From NCBI GenBank assembly GCA_943788175.1, contig CALSPG010000007.1, positions 64,001 through 128,000 on the forward strand: a stretch of 64,000 nt of DNA, read 5' to 3'. The stretch's first letter is position 1. Each line of letters opens with the position of its first letter. Made by a program: the position numbers and the translations under genes. Positions 41,422-49,115 of the stretch are shown one piece after another. The DNA is from an uncultured bacterium. GTDB lineage: Bacteria; Fidelibacterota; Marinisomatia; Marinisomatales; UBA1611. Under the pieces are notes generated by a model. The model was not told the origin of the DNA and ran no database searches. It worked only from the letters and a program-made list of their open reading frames with translations.

Positions 41422-42009
41422 ATGGTAAAAGCAAAACATATTAAACTTATTCTATTAATATTCGCTGGGGTTCATTTATTTAATTGTGCGGGTACAAATT
41501 ATAAAAAAATGAGTATTGAAGACCCTCGTTCGCTATTAGCGATTCAAGATTCGCTAATACTTGAAAACAAAAACAATCAAAATATTATGGATGCTCTAAT
41601 GACAGCTAATAACAATATGGGTAAAAACTATCTAATAAAAGGAGAATTGTTTTTAGCTATTGATCATTTTAAAAAAGCTATTTCTTTAAATAGTGAAAAT
41701 AAATTCTCTAAATATAGTTTGTTAATTGCTGAGGGCCGTGTGCTGATAAAAAGAGGAAATAAAAATGGTATGTGGGATGCTATTGAAAAGTTTTCAAAAG
41801 CTTCAAGTTTTTTCCCAGACAAAGGGGAGCCCTTTTATTGGATGGCTATTTCTTATACAAAACTAGGCGATACTGAATTTGATTTAATTCTTGAATCTTA
41901 CGAAAAATCTTTATCTTTGGAGTTAAGTGAAAATATTAAGAGTGAGGTTGAAAAAAAGTATGAAAAAGCAAAAAAGCGAAAACAAAAACTTGATTCATTT
42001 TGGAAATAA
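41422..42009 (+). CDS. TPR-repeat lipoprotein
   Basis: Lipobox LFNC; TPR-like helices AIDHFKKAISLN, AIEKFSKA, PFYWMAISY. Confidence 0.75.
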   Translation: MVKAKHIKLILLIFAGVHLFNCAGTNYKKMSIEDPRSLLAIQDSLILENKNNQNIMDALMTANNNMGKNYLIKGELFLAIDHFKKAISLNSENKFSKYSLLIAEGRVLIKRGNKNGMWDAIEKFSKASSFFPDKGEPFYWMAISYTKLGDTEFDLILESYEKSLSLELSENIKSEVEKKYEKAKKRKQKLDSFWK

Positions 42010-42063
42010 TGCTGTGCCTTCCTCGTCGATTATACATAAATATTTATAGTAATTAATAATTTC

Positions 42064-42092
42064 TTGACACGCGATTGATTATTAAGTAAGAT
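42064..42092 (+). promoter_or_regulatory. sigma70-type promoter of the motor operon
   Basis: TTGACA (42064-42069) - 17 bp - TAAGAT (42087-42092); GAGG RBS before ATG 42148. Confidence 0.8.
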
Positions 42093-42147
42093 TGCTCCCA
42101 CTCTGCATTGTAAGATGCAAAGTGACTTAAAATATCCGAGGTAAGAT

Positions 42148-43311
42148 ATGAGATCACAATTGAGCTTTATAAGGCGAGTTGTTAGCTCGCTGTACGTTCT
42201 ATTGCTTTTAGGGCATTCTGTGTCTTTAGCTGCAAAGTACGACTTAAAGGGCACGGTAATAGGTGCTGATGGTAAAGTTAAAGTCGAACTAGCAGGCACA
42301 AAAAAGGATGCGCGGACTAAAAAAAATGGTGCGTTTAAATTAAGTAATGTTCCTGAAGGGGAATATACGCTTCAGGTTTTTCAGGATAAGAAAGTTATCC
42401 ACGAACAATCTATTAATGTAACGGAAGATGACGACAACTTAGAAGTTAAAGTTGGAGCTTCTTCTATTGCTCCTGTTGAAAAAACTGTTTCATCATTAAC
42501 ACCAGCTTCAGTAGCAACATCTGCAAATCCAATTGTCGAAAGTTCGCCAATTCCGCAAACTGCTGAGTCTTCTGGCGGAGCTTCAAATGACTTCATTGTA
42601 AATGAACTTAATTTTGAGATTAAAAAATTAACTGCTGAATTCAAGCACCTTAGTAGGGAGATGGATGATCTTAAGGCTTTAAGTAAAATGTGGATTAATC
42701 CTTTAACTATTTATTCTAAAGAAATAATTTTAAAAAATGGTAGTACTGTTTTTGGTAAAATTGTTTATCAAGACGATAAGTCCTTAAAAGTTGAAACTTT
42801 AGTGGGTTATCTTATCATAAAGCGTGATGAGGTAGTTCGAATAGTAGACAATGTAATTACTGAGGATCAGCAAGAATATGTTCCGGAGCAAATTAGAGAA
42901 AGTTATGCCCCTCCACCTATGCCAAAATTAACAGTTCCAAAGTATACTTCATCAAGTATGTCAAATAGGGATGCTGGCCAAAAATTTTCTGCTAATTGCG
43001 TCCTCATGGGAAATATTACTGAAAAGAAAGACAGCCAAGGTAATATTGTTTTTAATGGTGAAATTAAAAACATCGGTGGAAGAAGAGCTGATTTTGTTAA
43101 AATGGATTTTGTTTTTAGAAAAAATTGGAGCGGCGAAACCCGAACGCTCACTACTTTCATTCAAGGTTCATATAATACTTTTGACAGCGGTATTGTCTCT
43201 GATGCGAGTTTGCTTCCAGGTGCTCTCGGAAAATTCGAATTATATGTTCCACAAGATTTTGGATCATTCATAGGATATTCCTACGTTATTGATTGGGAAG
43301 AGTATCAATAA
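42148..43311 (+). CDS. Exported multidomain protein (carboxypeptidase-regulatory-like domain, coiled coil, small beta-domain, C-terminal Ig/FxLYD-like domain)
   Basis: Signal peptide ending SLA; LKGTVIG..GAFKLSNVPEGEYTL; heptad segment ELNFEIKKLTAEFKHLSREMDDL; IILKNGSTVFGKIV; GEIKNIGGRRADFVK. Confidence 0.7.
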   Translation: MRSQLSFIRRVVSSLYVLLLLGHSVSLAAKYDLKGTVIGADGKVKVELAGTKKDARTKKNGAFKLSNVPEGEYTLQVFQDKKVIHEQSINVTEDDDNLEVKVGASSIAPVEKTVSSLTPASVATSANPIVESSPIPQTAESSGGASNDFIVNELNFEIKKLTAEFKHLSREMDDLKALSKMWINPLTIYSKEIILKNGSTVFGKIVYQDDKSLKVETLVGYLIIKRDEVVRIVDNVITEDQQEYVPEQIRESYAPPPMPKLTVPKYTSSSMSNRDAGQKFSANCVLMGNITEKKDSQGNIVFNGEIKNIGGRRADFVKMDFVFRKNWSGETRTLTTFIQGSYNTFDSGIVSDASLLPGALGKFELYVPQDFGSFIGYSYVIDWEEYQ

Positions 43312-43324
43312 AAATATTCCAAAT

Positions 43325-44203
43325 ATGTTTAAATACTTTTACATAATATTATTTTTTTCAATGTCTATGGCGGTTAGTCAGAATGGCGCTGGCGATACAT
43401 TTTTCCTAGATATGGGCGTTGTTATCCAGTCAGAAAACAAAGGGATAGCATTGCCTGACTTTTCTTCTCCGACACCTAGGCTAAAATCAAATAATATTGT
43501 CAAAACAATAGAATCTAGTTCTGTTTACATGGCGACAACATCTGATATGATTTCATCCTTGGATAGAATCACATCCCAAGTTACAGATATTGAAAAAGAT
43601 TTTGAATCGAAACTAGACATGCTAGAAATCGAAAACTTTAATTTGAGAAATCAAATTACTGGACTCAAAAAAAGGTTGAACGCTGAAATCTTAGATGCAA
43701 GTCTTATCGATGTTAATTTAGAGAAACCGCAAAAAGAATCATCACTTCCTTATGAGAACATCACAAAAAATTTAGAAATGAATGAAGTTGTCGCGCATTC
43801 TAATGATATTTTAACTAAAAGATCAGTTTTACAAAGATTTGATTTTGATATTTTTACTGAAGGCGTTATTCACTATAATAATGAAAAATATTACGATTGT
43901 ATTAGTAGTCTTAGCGTGCTGCCTGTGGATGATAATAGTAATAAAAACGCTAGTAAAACTTTATTTCTATTAGCTGATTCGTATGAAAACATGGGAAGAT
44001 ATAAACAAGCTCTTAATCATTTAGATAGATTGTCATTGGCTAATGATGATGAGTATTCAGATTTAATTTTATTTAAAAAAGGTATAATTTACAGAAACAT
44101 TGGCATGATGATTGAAGCGCAGAAAGCGTTTCAGGAGCTAGTTGAATCATTTCCCAAAAGTGAATTTAAAATCTTTGCTGAAGAAGAAATCCAAAATATA
44201 TAA
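43325..44203 (+). CDS. Exported coiled-coil + TPR protein (CpoB/YbgF-like architecture)
   Basis: Probable start MFKYFYIILFFSMSMAVS (ORF track begins at 43289); coiled coil LDRITSQVTDIEK..LRNQITGLKK; C-terminal TPRs ending AFQELVESFPKS. Confidence 0.75.
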   Translation: MFKYFYIILFFSMSMAVSQNGAGDTFFLDMGVVIQSENKGIALPDFSSPTPRLKSNNIVKTIESSSVYMATTSDMISSLDRITSQVTDIEKDFESKLDMLEIENFNLRNQITGLKKRLNAEILDASLIDVNLEKPQKESSLPYENITKNLEMNEVVAHSNDILTKRSVLQRFDFDIFTEGVIHYNNEKYYDCISSLSVLPVDDNSNKNASKTLFLLADSYENMGRYKQALNHLDRLSLANDDEYSDLILFKKGIIYRNIGMMIEAQKAFQELVESFPKSEFKIFAEEEIQNI

Positions 44204-45582
44204 TGAGAAATATTAAAAACATTATAATCTTTTTTCTTATTACTTCAAGTATGATTTTCGCATCTGCCAGGGTTGCATACACTCGACCAGGGCTTATGAT
44301 GCGAATTCCAACATCAAGCATTCAAAAAGCTCCGTACATATTTAGAACGGGTTTTGGTGTTGAGTTGCATAATTTTGATCCAATAAATACCGCAAAAGGT
44401 GTTTATTTTGACATGGAATTTGGCAAGGGTTTTTCAGCTGGTTTTTCAGCTGTCCAAGGTGGTGATACTACCTCTTTAGACCTAATTTCAAAATCTCAAT
44501 ATTCGCCACAAGTAGAATTCGGTTTTCACTTTCAGCAAAGAGTCTTTGTTTACAATGATATTTCTCTATCTGCTGGATTGCAAGATATTGTTTTTCAAAA
44601 CAACCAAGATGACGAACAAGTTTTAAGTTTAAATACTGATCTATTGTCTTTTTTTCTAGTTTTAGCTAGTGAAAAAGACTTAGGTGATTATAAAATGAGC
44701 ACTTTCATGGGCTTCGGTACAGGAGGCCTTGGTCCAATGGATAGTGTCAAAGTAATAAGTGATTCAACGCAAACGGCAAATGCGGGTGTCTTTGTTGGAT
44801 TCTTATTGAAAACACCCTACTTCGGTAGAAATGGTGGAATGGATATTGTGGGTGAATTCGATGGAACAGGTGTCAATGTGGGACTCCGCATCCCCCTTAC
44901 CTCGGATTACCGCCTGAACCTTGGGTTCACCCACATAGAGCGTTTACCAAGTTGGAAAACGCGATATTGGACAGGCCATCCTGCTTTCACAATTGGATTT
45001 GATATGGCAGTCCCTAGAATTGGAGGGAGTTCGAGATCTTCAACTAGTGGGCCATCAAACCAGCCTTTATCAACCGCAAACCTGGCGTTTTCTAATGATG
45101 GAACTGTGCCAGCATATATGGATTCAACTATTGCTATGGCAGATTTCACAGTTATGTCATTAAGGGATTCCATGTTGATGATGAACAATGAAATGCGAAA
45201 TTTAATGGTTCAGCTTTCAGCCTTGGAGCAGGAGTCACAATTTCTTGTTGACTCATTGAAACAATTAAAACTCGGAAAAAATGTTCAAGAAAAAAATATG
45301 AATGAATCAATGAGACATCTATCACGGAGTCTTCGCTTCTTTTATGCTGGTGATTTTCGTGAAGCTTTGAAAGAAGTTGATTTATCATTGGAACTGAAAC
45401 CTGATTTAGCTCTAGCTTACGCTAGACGTGGTTCTATATATTACAAATTAGGTGATGTTCAAAGAGCCACAATTAATTGGAATTTAGCCCTTAGGTTAGA
45501 TCCCGAATATGATGATGTAAGAAATATTTTGAAGGCGCTTCATGAGAACCGTCTCAAAGATGCTAATTTATTTGAGGAGTAA
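44203..45582 (+). CDS. Outer-membrane beta-barrel (YjbH-like) fused to coiled coil and TPRs
   Basis: Signal peptide; GLMMRIPT start; alternating amphipathic strands ISLSAGLQDI, FMGFGTG, IVGEFDGTGVNVGLRI; coiled coil; TPR ALAYARRGSIYYKLG..NWNLALRLDP. Confidence 0.7.
   Translation: MRNIKNIIIFFLITSSMIFASARVAYTRPGLMMRIPTSSIQKAPYIFRTGFGVELHNFDPINTAKGVYFDMEFGKGFSAGFSAVQGGDTTSLDLISKSQYSPQVEFGFHFQQRVFVYNDISLSAGLQDIVFQNNQDDEQVLSLNTDLLSFFLVLASEKDLGDYKMSTFMGFGTGGLGPMDSVKVISDSTQTANAGVFVGFLLKTPYFGRNGGMDIVGEFDGTGVNVGLRIPLTSDYRLNLGFTHIERLPSWKTRYWTGHPAFTIGFDMAVPRIGGSSRSSTSGPSNQPLSTANLAFSNDGTVPAYMDSTIAMADFTVMSLRDSMLMMNNEMRNLMVQLSALEQESQFLVDSLKQLKLGKNVQEKNMNESMRHLSRSLRFFYAGDFREALKEVDLSLELKPDLALAYARRGSIYYKLGDVQRATINWNLALRLDPEYDDVRNILKALHENRLKDANLFEE
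44844..44937 (+). other. Long intragenic RNA hairpin (GC-rich patch)
   Basis: 44847-44861 pairs with 44921-44935 (10 WC pairs then 5 incl. G-U), continued by GG/CC and CAGGTG/CGCCTG; run of C-ending codons atypical for this window. Confidence 0.6.
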
Positions 45583-45585
45583 TTT

Positions 45586-46374
45586 ATGGATATTGCATTA
45601 ATTATAGGTGTTGTACTCGGTTTAGCTGCTATGATTGGTAGTATTGCTTATGCTCTATTTGTTGAGGGGTCAGCAGGGGGTTTTGGTAATTTTCTATCAG
45701 CACCTAGTTTTGGAATTGTATTTGGAGGTATGATAGCCTCTATTTTTGTTGCATTTCCGATGCCACACGTGGTTGCGCTAGGAAAAGCTATTGGAGCAGT
45801 GCTTAAACCAGCAGATGATAAGATGGGTGGATTAGTCGACGAAGCAGTTGAAGTTGCAGATGTCGGACGAAAAGGAGCAGCTGATCTCGAAAAATCAGTT
45901 GATAGTATTAAAAATTATTTTTTTAAAGATGGCGTGCAAATGGTTGTTGATGGCTACTCTTTAGACGAAATCACAGAAATTATGGAAACCAGAATTGAAT
46001 ACAGAGAGAAAAGGGAAAATGTTCAGAAATCCATGCTTAAATCTATGGGCGACCTTGCTCCTGCTTGGGGTATGGTAGGAACTCTAATTGGTTTAGTACT
46101 CATGTTAGCTGGTTTTGGTGGAGAAGGTGGAGCAGATAACCTTGGTGGTGGTATGGCGGCAGCGCTCATTACGACTCTTTACGGAGCTGTATTTGCCAAC
46201 TTGTTTTTTCTTCCAATGGCAGATAAAATGGGTAATAAAACTACTCAAACATCTATGTCAGCAGCGCTTTTAGTAGAGGCTGCTCGATTGATACATCAAA
46301 AGAAGCACCCATTAATCGTGCGAGAAAAATTAAACTCTTTCATTCCTCCTGGAGAGTGGAAATCAGAGGGCTAA
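45586..46374 (+). CDS. motA: Flagellar-type stator A subunit (MotA/PomA)
   Basis: Four TM segments; IVFGG, GRKG..LE, FFKDGVQMVVDG, APAWGMVGTLIGLV, MAAALITTLYG. Confidence 0.95.
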   Translation: MDIALIIGVVLGLAAMIGSIAYALFVEGSAGGFGNFLSAPSFGIVFGGMIASIFVAFPMPHVVALGKAIGAVLKPADDKMGGLVDEAVEVADVGRKGAADLEKSVDSIKNYFFKDGVQMVVDGYSLDEITEIMETRIEYREKRENVQKSMLKSMGDLAPAWGMVGTLIGLVLMLAGFGGEGGADNLGGGMAAALITTLYGAVFANLFFLPMADKMGNKTTQTSMSAALLVEAARLIHQKKHPLIVREKLNSFIPPGEWKSEG

Positions 46375-46383
46375 GGTTCTTTT

Positions 46384-47265
46384 ATGGCTGGAGCAGAATT
46401 CAAAAAAGGTTATAATAAAGGTTTCGCAGCTGGAGCGGACTCTGTTGAAGAGGGGCTTCCTGGATGGTTTGGAACGTTTGCAGACATGATGACTCTATTG
46501 TTTGCTTTTTTTGTATTATTAGCTGCTATTTCAACAATGGACCCTGTAAAGTTACAAGAGATGTCTAATTCTGAGGGTAAATCTCTTGGTAGTAAAATCA
46601 AATCTTCTGGAAAAGCCGAACTTGAAGGAGAGTTTGAGCCAATTAAAAATTTAGCTGCCATGAAAAAAGAAATGGAAGAAACCATTGAAGAAATGAAAAA
46701 AGAAAGCCCTAAAGGAGATCCTCCCATTGATATTCAAACTAGTTCAAAAGGGCTAATAGTGAATATTAAAGGTGATTACGCTTTCCCGATTGGTAAGGCA
46801 TCAATGAAAGAGGAGTTAAAAGGACTTTTAGATGAAGAAATAATACCTAAAATCCAAAATAGTCCATTCCAGGTAGAGGTCGCTGGGCATTCAGATTCTG
46901 ATAGAATGCCAAAAAAATGGAGGAAAACTTTTGCAACTAACTGGGAACTTTCTGCAGCAAGAGGTGCAAGTGTTGTAAGATATATGATAGATAAAGGGAT
47001 ACCCGCTCCAAGGCTATTAGCAGCTGGATACGGACCTTGGGCTCCGCACGGACTCGATAGTGTAAAAAAACAAAATCCGATGTGGAACCCGTTAACTCTG
47101 ACTTGGAAAAAGGCAGTTTTAACTAAAGATGGTAAAGAAATGCCAACGGTTTTGGGTCTTAATAAAAATGAAAAAATGAAGTCTAAAAACAGAAGAATTC
47201 AAATTACTTTTTTAAATCCGCCACATCATGGTAAGGGGCGGTCAGCAACTAGTTATGATGAATAA
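46384..47265 (+). CDS. motB: Flagellar-type stator B subunit (MotB/PomB) with OmpA-like peptidoglycan-binding domain
   Basis: WFGTFADMMTLLFAFFVLL with the essential Asp; VAGHSD, NWELSAARG, AGYG, NRRIQI. Confidence 0.95.
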   Translation: MAGAEFKKGYNKGFAAGADSVEEGLPGWFGTFADMMTLLFAFFVLLAAISTMDPVKLQEMSNSEGKSLGSKIKSSGKAELEGEFEPIKNLAAMKKEMEETIEEMKKESPKGDPPIDIQTSSKGLIVNIKGDYAFPIGKASMKEELKGLLDEEIIPKIQNSPFQVEVAGHSDSDRMPKKWRKTFATNWELSAARGASVVRYMIDKGIPAPRLLAAGYGPWAPHGLDSVKKQNPMWNPLTLTWKKAVLTKDGKEMPTVLGLNKNEKMKSKNRRIQITFLNPPHHGKGRSATSYDE

Positions 47266-47286
47266 ATACATACCGAGGAGTATTTC

Positions 47287-49098
47287 ATGATAAAAACAGG
47301 TTTAAATCTTAAAAAGAAGTTAGCAGTATTTATGCTAGCTGGTCTTTTAGTTGGGCAAGGTTCTGGCTACTTAGCACAGAAGCTAATGGTTGAAAATAAT
47401 ATTAGAGAGAGAGTTAAAGATGCTTTATCTAAAATTATTGACAATAATAAATACGTTATAAATGTTGATATAGATTTAGAGATTAGCGATGAAGTCGAAG
47501 AACAAATCACTGTATTGGCTGAAAGAGAATCAAGGCGTTCAGTAGTTGAAGATTCAAATGAAGAAACCGAAACTGAGAAATCATTATCAAGTATTCAACA
47601 ATCTATAGAATCAGAAGAAACATCTGAAAGGTCGAGTTATTCAGTGGGACTACCTATACCTGGGTTTGAGATGGACTTCACTAATTCAAATAAAAGTAAT
47701 AAAAAATCTGAAGAACCGAGACCACCTGTGATGTCTGTTGAAACTAAAAAACCTATTCAGGTTTCAAGTGTTGACAGGGACGCTAGCGAACCTAGGGTTG
47801 ATAAGGTTTTATCTAGAACTCGTCCTTCAAGAGCAGAAATTAAAAAAATGTATATTAGCTTGATTTTACAAGAAGGTGCTGCACCAGAATTAATTGAAAA
47901 TATTCGTCAATTGACAATGGCTGCCGCAAAATTTGATAGAAATCGTGGTGACAAGCTTACTATTATGACAGCAAGTTTTAGAGAAAAAAGAGATCAGCGC
48001 TCCGCAGAGCAGATTATGTTGAAAAACATCGCTGAAAAAATTGAATTATTAGAACAAAAAAGAGAATACGAAGAAAACACGCAAGATGCTACATGGAAAG
48101 ATGAGTTAACTAAATACAGGGATGAAGAAACTGCTAGACGAGAAGATGATAGAAGATTTTTCGAAGGTCAGATATCGCAATTAGAGCAACAGGCCAAAAA
48201 CAGAGCTTATAATCAAGAAAAACAAGATATGCTGTTGAGAGACTCTCTGAAGTTAAAAAAATTGAATGACGAAATTATGGCGCTTAAGTCAATGCTAAGG
48301 TCTTCTGAAAGAAGAGATAGTTTAAAAACAATCAGTAAGCAAGAACGAATTGATTCTCTAAGGTATGTTAGTCTAAGCAGTGAGTTAGATGAATTAGCAA
48401 AATCTCTTCAAGTGGCAGTAAAAACCAAATCAAAAGATGAAGAAGTTATAGCAAAGCGTAAGATTCAGGCTGAGATGGAAGATAGAGAAAAGCAAAAAGA
48501 AGAAAGAGAAAAAGAAATTTCTGATAAGATTCGTGAGCTTGATAGCGTCCAAGAAGAACTTGATCAGCTCCATGAAAACATGGAAAAAGAGAGCGGGAAT
48601 ACATTTATTATTTTAATTGCTCTAGGCGCTATTGTCTTTTTATTAATAATTGCATTAATTTTTATTTTATTAAAAAACAATAATAGGCAGGCTCCTGTCC
48701 CTCCTTGGATGATGCCTCCACCTCCTCGTAAACCAAGGAGAAGAAAAAGAGAAACTTCAAAAGAAAAAAAACCTATTGAAGCAAAAAAAATTGAAGAGCC
48801 AGCAGTTGTCGTACCTGAGCCAAAGCCTGAGCAAGCTGAAGTAAGCCAACCTGCTGAAAATACTTCTGGGCAAGAAAGTTCTTTACCATCAAGTGACGAT
48901 GATCCCGATGTCGTTCGTAGTGAAATAAATGATATCCGGAAATCAGTTGTATCCATGAGCGTTGGTCAGCCAGATAGAACTACAACTATTGTTAAGGAAT
49001 GGTTAGAACAACCAGAGCCTACACCTACAGCAGAGCCTGAGCAAGAATCTGCTGAAGATCCAGCAGATGGTAGTGATTCTGAAGAAAAAGAAAAGTAA
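47287..49098 (+). CDS. Remodelled FliF-like ring protein (RBM3 + long coiled coil + TM + FliG-binding tail)
   Basis: ENNIRERVKDALSKII..VINVDIDL and IENIRQLTMAAAKFDRNRGDKLTIMTASF match the two halves of FliF RBM3; TM at residues 440-462; tail QPDRTTTIVKEWL; directly upstream of fliG. Confidence 0.8.
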   Translation: MIKTGLNLKKKLAVFMLAGLLVGQGSGYLAQKLMVENNIRERVKDALSKIIDNNKYVINVDIDLEISDEVEEQITVLAERESRRSVVEDSNEETETEKSLSSIQQSIESEETSERSSYSVGLPIPGFEMDFTNSNKSNKKSEEPRPPVMSVETKKPIQVSSVDRDASEPRVDKVLSRTRPSRAEIKKMYISLILQEGAAPELIENIRQLTMAAAKFDRNRGDKLTIMTASFREKRDQRSAEQIMLKNIAEKIELLEQKREYEENTQDATWKDELTKYRDEETARREDDRRFFEGQISQLEQQAKNRAYNQEKQDMLLRDSLKLKKLNDEIMALKSMLRSSERRDSLKTISKQERIDSLRYVSLSSELDELAKSLQVAVKTKSKDEEVIAKRKIQAEMEDREKQKEEREKEISDKIRELDSVQEELDQLHENMEKESGNTFIILIALGAIVFLLIIALIFILLKNNNRQAPVPPWMMPPPPRKPRRRKRETSKEKKPIEAKKIEEPAVVVPEPKPEQAEVSQPAENTSGQESSLPSSDDDPDVVRSEINDIRKSVVSMSVGQPDRTTTIVKEWLEQPEPTPTAEPEQESAEDPADGSDSEEKEK

Positions 49099-49115
49099 GG
49101 ATAAGAGGTTAAGAT

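Noticed and set aside
45586-47265. Zorya anti-phage (ZorAB), ExbBD/TolQR or AglRQS-type motor
   Set aside because: The A subunit is a canonical 4-TM flagellar MotA without a ZorA-type long tail, the B subunit has the MotB TM plus OmpA-like domain, FliG and a FliF-like gene are adjacent, and no ZorC/D/E-like genes are present
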